DNA of 64,000 nucleotides, from the IMG/VR virus record IMGVR_UViG_3300012147_000006, positions 78,156 through 142,155 of that record; one strand, 5' to 3'. Made by a program: the position numbers and the translations under genes. This DNA is from a virus. This document shows positions 18,089-29,178 of this stretch, piece after piece. A model generated the notes under the pieces. The model searched no databases. It was not told the origin of the DNA and was given only the letters and a program-made list of their open reading frames with translations. Position 1 is the stretch's first letter, and every line of letters begins with the position of its first letter.

Positions 18089-18285
18089 TTTGTTTTTTTT
18101 TTTTTTCTTGATTTGATGTCATAGACTTTGACATAGACAATATATTGTTTATAAAAAACTTGTTCAGTTTTAGAAAACTTGTCTTTATGGAAAACTCATA
18201 CATCATCTGGATAACCTGTTTTTAGTAACAGCTCTTATTACAACAGTGCTCTCATGAAATTTAATTTCTAAATTATTATCGTTTA

Positions 18286-18681
18286 TCATTTGCTATTATT
18301 TTTCCAGAAATCAATATAGTGATTTATTTGCTCATCAAGCTTTAGCTCTTTTTTATTTAGATGACGATGGTATGATGTAATTATCAATCCAGATATGTCA
18401 TCAGCATGGCTTAATCCAAGCTTTTTAAAATACTGAAGCAAAGTGCTGTCTTCTATTCCAAATATCCAATTGTTTCTTATCCATTGGCCAAGGCCGTGAT
18501 GAGATTCTGCAACAGCCTTATCTTCTGAAGAGGACACAAACCAATCGCTATCCTCCGACTCTTTAAATATGTCGTCAAGATGTCTGAAACACTCTAACAA
18601 GCTGGTTGGTTGTTTTACTTCTTCTTTCATTTTATTATCTCTTTCTAATACAAACTTAGATATTTTATTTCGTTTTGACAA
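18286..18681 (-). CDS. DUF6794-like protein
   Basis: HHGLGQWIRNNW...HADDIS motif. Confidence 0.65.
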   Translation of the reverse strand: MSKRNKISKFVLERDNKMKEEVKQPTSLLECFRHLDDIFKESEDSDWFVSSSEDKAVAESHHGLGQWIRNNWIFGIEDSTLLQYFKKLGLSHADDISGLIITSYHRHLNKKELKLDEQINHYIDFWKNNSK

Positions 18682-18722
18682 AAAAATAACTACATTTGCT
18701 TAGTTTAATATAAGAAAAAAAT

Positions 18723-19292
18723 ATGAAAAACATAATCATTTTTGGACCTCCTGGAACTGGGAAAGGAACAATGTCAGAGAAAGTTGCAAAAGAGTTTGGA
18801 TTTAAACATATTTCTACTGGCGACATAATTAGAAAGAACCAGGAAGAGAAGACAAAGATTGGAATTCTTGCTGACAAAGTTGTAAATCAAGGAAATTTGC
18901 TTCCAGATAATATTGTCAATGAAATGATTAAGCAAGAGATTATTGACAACAGCAATGCTTCTGGGCTCATATTTGACGGTTACCCAAGAACAACAGACCA
19001 AGCAAAAACTCTGGACCAATTTTTAAACAAAAGAAAGGCTCCAGTTTCAAAAGTTATTCTGCTTGATGCTGACAAGTATGTTATTAAAAACAGAATTTTA
19101 GAAAGAGGAAGAGAAAGCGGAAGAAAAGATGATAACGCTGAAGTTTTCGAAACAAGATGGAGCGCCTATCAAAAGGAGACAATTCCAGCTTTAAATTATT
19201 TTGAAGGTCGTGGAATGGTTGTGAAAGTTGATAGCGAAAAATCTATTGAATCGGTTTATGATGAGGTTAAAAGTATAATTAACGCATTATGA
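18723..19292 (+). CDS. adk: adenylate kinase (short LID)
   Basis: GPPGTGKGT, HISTGD, FDGYPR, GRKDD. Confidence 0.95.
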   Translation: MKNIIIFGPPGTGKGTMSEKVAKEFGFKHISTGDIIRKNQEEKTKIGILADKVVNQGNLLPDNIVNEMIKQEIIDNSNASGLIFDGYPRTTDQAKTLDQFLNKRKAPVSKVILLDADKYVIKNRILERGRESGRKDDNAEVFETRWSAYQKETIPALNYFEGRGMVVKVDSEKSIESVYDEVKSIINAL

Positions 19293-19855
19293 CAATTAAT
19301 CTAATAGTAGCAACGACTGAGAATGGAGTAATAGGCAAAGATGGAGACATGCTATGGAGAATGCCTGCAGACCTAAAGCATTTTAAGCATATTACAACGC
19401 TCGGAGAGAGCAATGTGATAATCATGGGCAGAAAGACCTATGATTCAATCGGAAAACCGCTGCCTGGTAGAACTAACTATGTTGTAACCAGAAACAGAAA
19501 CAAGGAAGAGACAGATTACATTAACACTGAGGTATTCAACACAATTGAGGATGCGTTACATCAAGCACAAGGTCTTGAGTATTTTCTAAAGTTAGAATTA
19601 GATGTTCACATCATAGGTGGGGCCAGCATATATGAGCAAGTCATGAAAATGGATAAAGTAGAAAGAATTCATCACACACTTATTCATACTGAATTAGATG
19701 GAGATACTTTTTTTAATATTCCAGAAGGTTGGGTTGTAAAAAGCGAAAAGCCTTATTTAGCAGATGAAGACAATGCTTACAATTACACATTTAGAGTTCT
19801 TAGGAAGGAAAAGGATTTATCTTCTCACCAAGGGTTGAATTCACTCTTTCAATAA
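19289..19855 (+). CDS. folA: dihydrofolate reductase
   Basis: NGVIG, W..PADLKHFK, MGRKTYDS, PLPGR, IGG, GDTFF. Confidence 0.95.
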   Translation: MTINLIVATTENGVIGKDGDMLWRMPADLKHFKHITTLGESNVIIMGRKTYDSIGKPLPGRTNYVVTRNRNKEETDYINTEVFNTIEDALHQAQGLEYFLKLELDVHIIGGASIYEQVMKMDKVERIHHTLIHTELDGDTFFNIPEGWVVKSEKPYLADEDNAYNYTFRVLRKEKDLSSHQGLNSLFQ

Positions 19856-20240
19856 ATGTGTGGTATTCCTCTACGTATCCAGTCTCTGCAATTATCTGAG
19901 GCTCATTCGAGCCACGCTCTAATTCAGCAATCCTAAGATTACAGAAGCTATTGTATTCTGGCCCAATTGTGTGTGTGATTTCTATAATTTGACTTCCTCC
20001 ATAGCTGGATTCAATCTCAAACATCCAACCCTCTTCAAATTCTGAACGTGGGAAGTAGTCGTTCATATAATACTCGGAAAGCCCGTTGATGTCTCTGGAT
20101 AGTTTATTTTTACCAAACATTCTCCCAGCATCAAAATCGTAAAGAATTTGTTCTTCACCAGAAGTTTGAAGCGCTGACCCGTTTATCTCAAGTAATGCCT
20201 TCAAAAGTTCTTTCTGTATTATTTCTCTAACTCTTTTCAT
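19800..20240 (-). CDS. putative virion protein
   Basis: TATTTAT upstream; MKRVREIIQKEL N-terminus. Confidence 0.55.
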   Translation of the reverse strand: MKRVREIIQKELLKALLEINGSALQTSGEEQILYDFDAGRMFGKNKLSRDINGLSEYYMNDYFPRSEFEEGWMFEIESSYGGSQIIEITHTIGPEYNSFCNLRIAELERGSNEPQIIAETGYVEEYHTFIERVNSTLGEKINPFPS

Positions 20241-20264
20241 GTACTAATAAATAGTACTTTAAAA

Positions 20265-20795
20265 TCAGGAAACCACTTTATTAAATGTGTTGACTACATC
20301 AGCCATATTGTCTATAGCTTCTATTGTGAGAGGTCTGTCGCTCATTAGCTTGTTAACCATTGGTTCTCTAAGCTCTGCTTTTGGCGTATTTCTTATCTTA
20401 TTTTCCAAAGTAAAATACTTAGCTACAACAGAAAGGTTTTCGCTTATTTTTGATATAGGGTCATAACCAAGAGCTACTGCAAAATAAGATTTAACATTAT
20501 CCTTAAAGTCTGGAGACATTTGAAAATCTGAATCCTCATCGAGAGCTTTATTAATCAGCAATTTTTTATACTCTTCATAAACAAGTTTTACGTCATTTAC
20601 GTTGCTTGCTGAATCTATTGAGTTGGCAATGTTAGATTTATCATCTTGAGTTAGATGAAATTCTGACATTATTCTTGTCGAATATCCAAGTTTAGCGTTA
20701 GCAAGCGTAAGTGATTGATTTGATAGCTCCAGATTAAAAACTTTAACTTCTAAATCCTTTATCATTTGTTGTTCTGGTGTAATGTTCTCTTCCAT
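20265..20795 (-). CDS. protein resembling the C-terminal domain of large-phage prohead scaffold proteins
   Basis: NAKLGY..LT..DK..I..ID.A....VKL.YE pattern, recalled rather than searched. Confidence 0.4.
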   Translation of the reverse strand: MEENITPEQQMIKDLEVKVFNLELSNQSLTLANAKLGYSTRIMSEFHLTQDDKSNIANSIDSASNVNDVKLVYEEYKKLLINKALDEDSDFQMSPDFKDNVKSYFAVALGYDPISKISENLSVVAKYFTLENKIRNTPKAELREPMVNKLMSDRPLTIEAIDNMADVVNTFNKVVS

Positions 20796-20857
20796 ACAAC
20801 AAATATAATTTATTTTTATGACTTTTCCTCTTCTTTAAGGATTTTTTTTAATGTTAG

Positions 20858-21844
20858 CTACACTTTTTCTGACTTTGTTCTCATGTCAATGAAGTTGTCT
20901 GTTTCGTCAACAATTTCATAACCAAATATTTCTTCATGTATATCTTCAAGAGTAATGATTCCAAGTATATTGTCATGTTCATCAACAACAATTAACAAGT
21001 GCTGTCTTGCGGTTCTAAAAATCTCCAATATGTCATCCAACTTCGTATCATCCTTTACAGTAATTGGCTCATTTGCTTTGTTCATTATTTTAGTACCCTT
21101 TCTCATTCCGAGAAGATTCTTGGCAAGGACGACTCCAACAACTTGGTCCCTCTTTGTTTTGAAGACGGGCACTCTTGTGTGACCCTTCTGAATTATGCTA
21201 TCAATTAATTCTGTGGTAAGCTTTTGGTCTTCATAGAATCTATACACATTTTTCTTTGGTGTCATTACCTCTCTTGCTGTCTTATCAGAGAACGTTAGAG
21301 CTCCCATAACAGTTTTTGCTTCCCTTTCATCAATATCAGTAGTAATGTCCAGCTGGTGGTCTCTAATCATCTCGCCAATTTCAAACTTTGTATGTCGAAC
21401 TGGAGGCTCAGGCCCAAGAAAATAATCCATAATTTTAGAAAGCGGCCAACATATAACCCAAAGAGCAATCATAAACACTCTAAATACAGGAGCTGCTTTT
21501 GAACCTATTTCAAGAGGATACCTTGAGCATATTGCTTGTGGTAATATTTCACCAAACACAACAACTAATGCTGTTGCAACAATCACAGCCATTGCACCAG
21601 TAAACATCTCACTCATGTATATTGCAAGTATGTTGTTAACTAATACGTTACCTATAAGAATCGTACAAAGAAGAAGGTTTCCATTCTTTCTAAGTCTATA
21701 AACAACATCAGCTCTCTTGTCGCCCATGCTTATTTTTCTTTGCAACTCTTCTTTCCCAAGGGACATAAACCCAAGGTTAAGTCCAGAAAATAATCCAGAC
21801 ATAAATAATAATCCTAAAATAATCCCTATACTAATTAGCTCCAT
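20858..21844 (-). CDS. CNNM/CorB-type DUF21 plus CBS-pair membrane protein
   Basis: SGLFSGL, LLCTILIGN, FGEILPQA, MTP, HTRVPV, GIITLED..EEI. Confidence 0.9.
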   Translation of the reverse strand: MELISIGIILGLLFMSGLFSGLNLGFMSLGKEELQRKISMGDKRADVVYRLRKNGNLLLCTILIGNVLVNNILAIYMSEMFTGAMAVIVATALVVVFGEILPQAICSRYPLEIGSKAAPVFRVFMIALWVICWPLSKIMDYFLGPEPPVRHTKFEIGEMIRDHQLDITTDIDEREAKTVMGALTFSDKTAREVMTPKKNVYRFYEDQKLTTELIDSIIQKGHTRVPVFKTKRDQVVGVVLAKNLLGMRKGTKIMNKANEPITVKDDTKLDDILEIFRTARQHLLIVVDEHDNILGIITLEDIHEEIFGYEIVDETDNFIDMRTKSEKV

Positions 21845-22988
21845 CTTCTTTTACGTGGTATTGAACTTTATAACATTCGTTGAGGTCTGGGACATCCAGG
21901 GCACCAATCATACTATTAACTGCGTCCTCTGGGACCTTGTAGTATCTGTTATGATTTTGATTTAATAAAACTTTATATGGAACCTCTATGTAGATAACTT
22001 CTACCTTGGCTCCGTAATCTTCAAATTCTTTAATAGCCTTTCCACGCATATCTTTTGTGATATTTGTTGCGTTGAATACAAAATCTTGCTTAACTCTCAT
22101 GTGAACTTTACACATTTCCTTGATGTCTTGATAGATGTGGCCTTCTGCTTTGGTGTCTCCACGCTTAACTTTTCTTTCTCTTCTCAGCGCATCAATTGAT
22201 ACCATTGGAAGGTCGGGTATGTTGTTTTTAATAAAAGTGTCTTTACCAGAACCTGAAACAGCGCACATAATGTAGGCTATTAAATCTTTTTCATCAAAAG
22301 GCTCATAGTCAGGGTGTGCTTCTTCTTTTTGGAAGTAGTATCTTCTACCGAGGTCGGATGCGAACTCTCTTGCGTTTCCAAAGCATTTATTATCCTTGCA
22401 AAGCTCTTCAAACAATTCTACACGCATTAGCATTTCTTCTGAATCTTTTGCAATCCTACCAAGTATATCAGCTTTTGCAAATAGTCCAAGCATTTTCGTA
22501 TTAAGAAACAAACTTGCGCCAATAACCTCTTTATCTGGATTCTCTTTTTCTATAGCCCAAATTGGCAATCCGTGGTGACGAACAAGCTTACAAATATGTT
22601 CTCTAATTATAAATGGAGTTGATATGTCTTTGTATAAAATTACCCTGGCAGTCTTCTCTCCTCTCTTGGCATGACTTCTTGAGGTGATTGCCATTCTCTT
22701 GACTCCATTCTCTTCAATTTCCTCTTCTTCTGTTGTGGAACGTTTTTCTATGTCATGAAACATTGCGGTTGCAAACAATATATGTTGCCCCTGTTCGTCA
22801 AAACACTTAAAATCTGGATGTGCAACAAGTGCCTCCGCCACCATTTTGGTGTGAACGAATACATCGCCTTCAGCGTGCCAGATTTTATCTTGAGGTACTC
22901 CCTTCATATCTCGGAACCAATCGAATTCTTTTTCGAGTTTGTCCCAAGGTATAGGAAGCCCTACTTCATAGTAAGGGAATTTCCACAT
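21831..22988 (-). CDS. HD-domain phosphohydrolase fused to AAA_33/polynucleotide-kinase-like P-loop
   Basis: WHAEGDV..HT, HDIEK, ADILGR; CAVSGSGKDT, NATN. Confidence 0.85.
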   Translation of the reverse strand: MWKFPYYEVGLPIPWDKLEKEFDWFRDMKGVPQDKIWHAEGDVFVHTKMVAEALVAHPDFKCFDEQGQHILFATAMFHDIEKRSTTEEEEIEENGVKRMAITSRSHAKRGEKTARVILYKDISTPFIIREHICKLVRHHGLPIWAIEKENPDKEVIGASLFLNTKMLGLFAKADILGRIAKDSEEMLMRVELFEELCKDNKCFGNAREFASDLGRRYYFQKEEAHPDYEPFDEKDLIAYIMCAVSGSGKDTFIKNNIPDLPMVSIDALRRERKVKRGDTKAEGHIYQDIKEMCKVHMRVKQDFVFNATNITKDMRGKAIKEFEDYGAKVEVIYIEVPYKVLLNQNHNRYYKVPEDAVNSMIGALDVPDLNECYKVQYHVKEDGAN

Positions 22989-23020
22989 AATTGTTTATAC
23001 GTAAATTTAATTGAAATGTT

Positions 23021-23221
23021 CTACTTATTTTTGCTATCTTTCTTGTAGGGGCAATGCTTGCAATTATTGTTGCAGCAAAAGTTTCTATCTCTAAGGTATG
23101 ATTCGGTAAATACTTTATAAGTAATGTCACCAGATTTTTCCCAATAGAAATCTACACCCTCTTCTAATATAAGCTTCTTACTCATTTGCAATAAATATGT
23201 AGATATAGTTACCCTCTTCAA
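23021..23221 (-). CDS. DUF5522-like Cys-rich protein
   Basis: YL..R..CC...CKHCPY; start probably MSKK. Confidence 0.7.
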   Translation of the reverse strand: MKRVTISTYLLQMSKKLILEEGVDFYWEKSGDITYKVFTESYLRDRNFCCNNNCKHCPYKKDSKNK

Positions 23222-23358
23222 GGGTGGATGTGCTTACCCAGGCTGGCGAATCTTGCTCAACTGCGTATGTTGTGTGTTTTGTCTTCATTATTAGTAAAAA
23301 TATATACTTTATATTTCAATATCAATAGTTTTTGTCTATTTATAATAAAGTGATTTTT

Positions 23359-23610
23359 ATGAAAAAGGAAATAATGGATATTATAAAGGAGGAGTTTGAG
23401 AGTGTTTTCTCAAAAACATTTTCTGGTGAAGAGATTTCTAATGCAATTAATAACAAGTACTTTATACACACCAAGGGTGGGAACGTCTTTTCTCCCGTAA
23501 AGCTAAACAAAGACTTTGTTGTTGGAGTAAACAATGACTGTCAACATGTTAACGTACCATTGGGTGAAATCACATTAATAGAAACCGCAGAAGAAAGATT
23601 TAGAAAATGA
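23359..23610 (+). CDS. putative virion protein
   Basis: TATTTAT then MKKEIMDIIKEEF. Confidence 0.6.
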   Translation: MKKEIMDIIKEEFESVFSKTFSGEEISNAINNKYFIHTKGGNVFSPVKLNKDFVVGVNNDCQHVNVPLGEITLIETAEERFRK

Positions 23611-23726
23611 TGGAAGTTGAAAACTTTTTAGTCTTTTGGTCGAATTTTTGCGTCTTAACAGTAGGGTTTAGTTTTTAGTGAGTCTATTTATATTAGACCA
23701 GCAAAAACGGCTAATATAAAATAGAA

Positions 23727-24011
23727 ATGTCACAAGTAGATAAGAAAATAGAATTCATTAAAATTTGGTATACATCAGAGTGTGCTAAGCTTAGCTTTGG
23801 AGATAGTCTTAAGCTTGCCAGAATATGGATTGAAGTTTGTCTTAAAGATGAGGAGTATGAGATGGCAGCTGCAATAACAGAGGAAAGACAGAAAATAATA
23901 AAGAAACACATCAAAAATAAGAGAAGCAAAAGACGTTTGTCTCAAAAGATTGTGATTTGGATATATCTTTGCAAAAGGAAGATGTCTGCCAAGCTTAAAA
24001 ATAGACGATAA
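23727..24011 (+). CDS. UVR-motif-like small protein
   Basis: EEYEMAAAI. Confidence 0.55.
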   Translation: MSQVDKKIEFIKIWYTSECAKLSFGDSLKLARIWIEVCLKDEEYEMAAAITEERQKIIKKHIKNKRSKRRLSQKIVIWIYLCKRKMSAKLKNRR

Positions 24012-24329
24012 AAGTATTTTTTTTAACCCGTTAGCTTTACCAATAGAATCCCGTGTACCCTTTGACTTCGAATACCAAAAAGCTACTACTAATTCTGAAT
24101 TTTCTATTATTGTTGTATTTCTTAGGAATCCAGCTTTTTTACCAAACAGGTCCCACTGGGCAAGGTAAATTTCGGTTGGCAAACCTTTTTCTTTGGCATA
24201 TCTCTCAGATAATTTGTCGGCACCCCTTGTTCCTCCAGATACTATTTTAGTGATATAAAATTGTTCTAAAGTTTTCTTAAGAAGCTCATAATCATTAAAC
24301 TCCCTACCTCCTATTACTGCTACTTTCAT
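23995..24329 (-). CDS. SLOG/YspA (DUF2493)-like protein; C-terminus frameshifted at an 8-nt homopolymer
   Basis: VIGGREF.DY, VSGG..GAD, AGFLRN, VAFW..SKGT; alternative frame ends NTFIVYF*. Confidence 0.8.
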
Positions 24330-24332
24330 ATT

Positions 24333-24542
24333 TTAATATTTAAAAATCTCTGGAAGAAGGTTTTTTACCATATCTCTAAAACCATCATTACTACCAATTT
24401 CTTTTATAAGTAAAAATTTAAACTCTTCCCTATATTTTTCATTTTTAATGATATTTTCTTTGGTTACATTTTTAAAACCATTTGCCATTAAATTACGAAC
24501 ACCGTTATCTATCAAATGTTCTCTAATTTGTTTATTTTCCAT
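24333..24542 (-). CDS. hypothetical protein
   Basis: ORF. Confidence 0.6.
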   Translation of the reverse strand: MENKQIREHLIDNGVRNLMANGFKNVTKENIIKNEKYREEFKFLLIKEIGSNDGFRDMVKNLLPEIFKY

Positions 24543-24634
24543 TATTTTCTAAATTTAGAAGTGTTAAAAAATATGCCAACTTGGTATTCGTCAATAAAAA
24601 ACATTTTTAACACTATTTATATAAAAATAAAGTT

Positions 24635-25555
24635 ATGGCTAATAAGTTTAATACACAAATATTTATAAATAAATCAACAAAAATTCATGGTGAATATTAT
24701 GACTACTCCTTGGTTGAGTATAAAAATTGTGATTCTAAAGTTAAAATAATATGCCCAAAGCATGGTAAGTTTGAGCAAATTCCTTACTTACATTATAAAA
24801 AAGGTAGTGGATGTATTAAATGTGCTGAAGAAAAAGTTGGAATGTCGTTTAGAAAGAGTGGTAAAGATTTTATCTCAGAAGCCAATAAAATACATAATTA
24901 TTTTTATGATTATTCTTTTGTAAAATATGATGGTGCTCGAAAAAACATAACAATAACCTGCTTAAAACATGGAGAATTTGACCAGACTCCAACTAATCAC
25001 TTAAAAGGAAAAGGTTGTAGGAAATGTTATAATGAAAAAATAAGAGACAGACTATTGATGACAACAGAAGAATTTACGTCAAGAGCTAAAATAATTCATG
25101 ATTATAAATTTGACTACTCATTGGTTAGCTATAACGGTGGTAGAAATAAAGTAAAAATAATATGCCCTATACACGGAGAGTTTGAACAGACTCCAGAAAA
25201 TCACCTTAGTAATCGTGGGTGCAGGAAATGTAGAAGTTCTAAAGGGGAAAAAGAAATAAGAAAAATTCTAAAAGAAAATGAGATTAATTTCAAAGAACAA
25301 CACACATTTGAATTGTGTAGGCATATAAACAAACTTCCTTTTGATTTCTATTTACCTGAACGTAATTTATGTATTGAATTTGATGGTAGACAGCATTTTG
25401 AGGTAATTGAATTTTATGGAGGACAAAAAGGCTTTGATTCTACAAAAATAAATGACCAAATCAAAAATGATTATTGCAAAAATAATGGAGTCACACTAAT
25501 TAGAATTAAGTATGACTCCATTATAAAAAAAGAGTTAAATAAAATTATTTCCTAA
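24635..25555 (+). mobile_element. free-standing homing endonuclease: 3x C.(K/I)HG.F zinc repeats (DUF723-like) plus Vsr/DUF559-like nuclease
   Basis: CPKHG/CLKHG/CPIHG repeats; SKGE, FDFYLP, IEFDG.QH. Confidence 0.8.
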
Positions 25556-26399
25556 AAACATCTGTATTAAATGTTGGAATAGGTATCATCTTGTGAAGAT
25601 TAGCTCTATGTCTTTTTAGATATATTTTCATTACTTCTTTTTCTCTTTCACTACAATCTTCATATATATGAACACCAAGATTTATGTCATTTGATGCTGT
25701 ACCTGTATAATAATTCATAGCCCACTCTAATTCTGAGTATGTACATCCCAATTGTTCTTCGTCTGTACGAGCGTCATCATGAAGTCCATCTGTAGGAGCA
25801 GCAACCAGGATGTCGTTGTTAATTCCAAGCTCAGAACCTAACTTATAAACTTCTGACTTCATAAGGTCAGCGATAGGAGATAAATCAACCCCACCATCAC
25901 CATACTTAGTATAGAATCCGATTCCGAAATCCTCAACTTTGTTTCCAGTTCCAGCGACAAGCATTTTGTTCATTCCTGCATATTGATAAAGAGTTGTCAT
26001 CCTAAGTCTTGAACGTGTGTTCGCCATTGAGAAATCAAAGTCTTCAGCAGAAATCATTCCTACAACTCCTTTTGATTTATTAGCATATGTGTTATAAAGA
26101 ACGCCATAAGCCTCTGTAAGGTCAATCTCTTTTGAAGTTACATTGTCGAAGTTATCCTTAAGCCATTGAATGTGGTTCTTGGCTCTATCAACTTCTGCAG
26201 TCCCCTGGTGAATTGGCATTTCAAGAACCAAAAGGTTCATTCCAGTTCTTGCGCATAATGTAGACACTACTGCAGAATCAATTCCTCCAGATACTCCCAT
26301 TACAAATCCGTTTGTTCCAGATTTTCTAACGTAGTCAGTTAACCAGTCAGAAATCCCTTCTGCGATGGCGCTATAGTTAAGTGTTGTAGTTGTTTCCAT
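25545..26399 (-). CDS. nadE: NH3-dependent NAD+ synthetase
   Basis: SGGIDSAV, N..SRLRM, GTGNKVE, FYTKYGDG, PTDGL, TDEEQLG. Confidence 0.95.
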   Translation of the reverse strand: METTTTLNYSAIAEGISDWLTDYVRKSGTNGFVMGVSGGIDSAVVSTLCARTGMNLLVLEMPIHQGTAEVDRAKNHIQWLKDNFDNVTSKEIDLTEAYGVLYNTYANKSKGVVGMISAEDFDFSMANTRSRLRMTTLYQYAGMNKMLVAGTGNKVEDFGIGFYTKYGDGGVDLSPIADLMKSEVYKLGSELGINNDILVAAPTDGLHDDARTDEEQLGCTYSELEWAMNYYTGTASNDINLGVHIYEDCSEREKEVMKIYLKRHRANLHKMIPIPTFNTDVFRK

Positions 26400-26404
26400 T
26401 TTAT

Positions 26405-27031
26405 TTATTTTTGAAATAATTTGTGTTCTTCAATGTGTTCAATTACCGCATCTGGAACGAAGTATCTATTTGAAATATTTAATTGGATGTTCTTTCTAAT
26501 TAAAGTGGCAGAAATGTCAATCTGAGGAACATCTTTAAGGTATGTTGATACTGAGTGAGCTTTGTCTGTCAACTTCCACTTAGAATCCTTCTCAGACACT
26601 TCTCGTGGATATACAATCATATCATGCATGTCAAGAATTTCTTCACGTTTTCTCCAGTAGTTACCCATTTTTCTCTGAGTATCTGTTCCAACCACGATTG
26701 TAAAATGAGTCTCTGGGTGTGCGTTTCGAAGTGCGCTTAGCGTTTCTGCAGTGTAAGATGGAACTGGCATGCTAAATTCAATATCACATGTAGAAAACTT
26801 AGGCTCATCAGCAATTGCCTTAGAAACCATCTCTAATCTATGGTTGGCATCTTCGAGTTCTCCGCTTTTTACCTTAGCAGGGTTTTGGGGGGACACAACA
26901 AACCATAATTCATCAAGGTCTGTGTGCTCAAGAGCTGCCTTAGCAACAATGAGGTGGCCAATATGAATAGGGTTGAATGAACCGAAGTATAATCCAACTT
27001 TTTTATTTAGAAGTTTAGTCTTCATTTTCAT
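26405..27031 (-). CDS. nadD: nicotinate-nucleotide adenylyltransferase
   Basis: FGSFNPIHIGH, SPQNP, PSYT, ISATLIR. Confidence 0.95.
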   Translation of the reverse strand: MKMKTKLLNKKVGLYFGSFNPIHIGHLIVAKAALEHTDLDELWFVVSPQNPAKVKSGELEDANHRLEMVSKAIADEPKFSTCDIEFSMPVPSYTAETLSALRNAHPETHFTIVVGTDTQRKMGNYWRKREEILDMHDMIVYPREVSEKDSKWKLTDKAHSVSTYLKDVPQIDISATLIRKNIQLNISNRYFVPDAVIEHIEEHKLFQK

Positions 27032-27692
27032 CTTCGTTTATAACTTGTTCAGCAATTTTCTTTGCACGCTCCATTCTTTGATTCTCAATAAACTGTCTTC
27101 CTGCAGCAACTACTTCAGAATTTCTAAAATGCCAAAGCGCTTGTGCTCCAATTAGTGTTTTTCCATCACAAATAGTTCCATCAGCAACCATATCAAAGAA
27201 CTTGCTAACACCATGTGATTCTATCTCAATATTTTCATGCTCCCCTTCTACTCCTCCGCCATTTGAAGCTTTGTCTTCATTGGTAACAAAAGCTAAGTAC
27301 AAGTAAATTTTTTCTGAAGAGTACCCTGGAGAAGCAAAGAAAGAGTTTAGCAAGCCCATCTTTCCTTCTTGTACTTCGTACCCAATTTCTTCTTTTATCT
27401 CTCTTAAGGCAGCGTCTGATGGAGATTCTCCTTCATCAACTTTTCCAGCTGGAATTTCAAGGATATTACCATCAACTTTGTCATCAATTGGATAACGGTG
27501 TTGCTTAACAAGAATTACAGTATCATCACTGTTGTTGTAGACAACAATAGCTACAGCGTCTGGTCTTGTAAGTTTGAATCTGTCGTAAGTTTGAACTTCT
27601 CCGTCTTCAGCAGTCTCTTCAACAATGCCTTTATCAATTTTAAAGTACTTATCATACTCTCTTTGTTCTGTTATTACTTTAATTTTTGGCAT
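27015..27692 (-). CDS. nudF: ADP-ribose pyrophosphatase (Nudix)
   Basis: QHRYP, EIPAG, Nudix box ALREIKEEIG, SPG.S.E, E.E.I, DGKT. Confidence 0.85.
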   Translation of the reverse strand: MPKIKVITEQREYDKYFKIDKGIVEETAEDGEVQTYDRFKLTRPDAVAIVVYNNSDDTVILVKQHRYPIDDKVDGNILEIPAGKVDEGESPSDAALREIKEEIGYEVQEGKMGLLNSFFASPGYSSEKIYLYLAFVTNEDKASNGGGVEGEHENIEIESHGVSKFFDMVADGTICDGKTLIGAQALWHFRNSEVVAAGRQFIENQRMERAKKIAEQVINEDENED

Positions 27693-28107
27693 CGTTTATT
27701 TTTTTAATTAGGTTTTCAATTTTAGCTTTTGCTCCAACCCCAAGAGGTCTCTTGTCTCCGTCTTGCTTGTCAATCCTTACAAAAACTGCTCGTGTTTTGC
27801 AAACCAACTTTTCCATTCCAGTGTGAACATTATATTTTCTCGCTTCAAGCGCAATTACTATTGATGTGGTTCCAACACTTATTGGTTCTCCATAAATATT
27901 AACTTGCGTATTTTCTCTCACTTTTTTGAGGAATTTTACTCCCTCCATTTCTCCAGTTACCATACTGCTTGATTCACACAAGCTTGTGGCCCAAATTGCC
28001 CCAGCCTTGTCTAAAAAACTCATCATTTTCCCACCAAAAAGATTACCATGAATTCCAAGGTCACCTTTCAATACTAATTCTCTTGTAATAAGCTCCATAT
28101 TAATCAA
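27679..28107 (-). CDS. hotdog-fold acyl-CoA thioesterase (YciA-like)
   Basis: HGNLFGG..M..LD, VGTTS, FV.ID. Confidence 0.85.
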   Translation of the reverse strand: MINMELITRELVLKGDLGIHGNLFGGKMMSFLDKAGAIWATSLCESSSMVTGEMEGVKFLKKVRENTQVNIYGEPISVGTTSIVIALEARKYNVHTGMEKLVCKTRAVFVRIDKQDGDKRPLGVGAKAKIENLIKKINDAKN

Positions 28108-28397
28108 ACTCTTATTTTAACTCCAGTGCAAATTCTATTTTCATCCAAAACTACTCCTATAGTTTTTATTGGTCTGTTATTTGAAAACTTTAACAAATCT
28201 ATTTCTATACTTTTTGTCATCATTCACCTTAAGTTCATTAAGCAAATAATTAATAGTGTCATCAACGCCTTTTAAATACGCTTGATTTACGTTTGACCAC
28301 AATGTTTCATCAGACATGTTGTCTGGAGAATTTGGTTTTATGTTATCAGAATAGTCAACTGATTTTTCTTTAAATTTTCTCTAATATTTTTCATATT

Positions 28398-29108
28398 TTA
28401 TATAAATTTCCAAACATAACCGCATGCTGTTTTTCTTTTTCCTTTACAAACTTCTCTTATGTGGTCGTTTTCGTATTTTTTTATAGCAATACTTAAGTTT
28501 TCAAACTCTTCTTGCAATTCGTTTTTATCAAACCTTCCAACCCTTAGTGTTTGATATGCGTTTTTAACTTTTATTTTCTTTTCAAAGTTACAACTTTCTT
28601 TCCAAATAAAAAAATAACCACGAGAAAATTTAGGTTTATTTTTTGGCACAGCACCCAATCGTCCTTTGATACTTTCTTCTGCTTTTTTTTTAGATTCGAA
28701 CTCTTTTAAAAAATCACCTTTTAAATCATATTGAAGGATTGGTTTATATAGTTTTTTTACAACTTCTTTTGGCCTCTTTCTGCCAGTTAAAGATTTTCTT
28801 ATCTTATCTTTAGTTTCCTCGCTTGTTGTATGTCCAAAAACTGCGCCACCAACTCCTCCATCTTGTAGGTTATAAAAATCTTCTGATTTAACAGCATCAA
28901 AAAAATCTATCCACCACACCTCTCTATTTTCAAGATGGCATCTATCTGTGCATTCTTCTAAAGTTATTTTTTTAAAATTTTCTTTGCCATATTTTTTTAT
29001 AGCTTTAGTCAGCACTGTTCCAGAACCCAAGTAGCTTTTTTTGTTTTTTACATCTTTACCTATATAACGCTTTTTGTTAATAAGGTTAATTGTCATATAA
29101 ACTACCAT
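28398..29108 (-). mobile_element. GIY-YIG homing endonuclease (NUMOD3/NUMOD1)
   Basis: VY..N..YIG, YLGSG, KYGKENF, YNL..GG. Confidence 0.9.
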
Positions 29109-29178
29109 AGTATTGTTTTACTATAAATAGTTTATAAAAACACTTTTACACCAAATCCATTAAATCATAATTCCTCCA

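Noticed and set aside
23775-23994. C-terminal extension of the SLOG ORF in the track
   Set aside because: Results from a homopolymer frameshift and runs antisense over a plausible gene.
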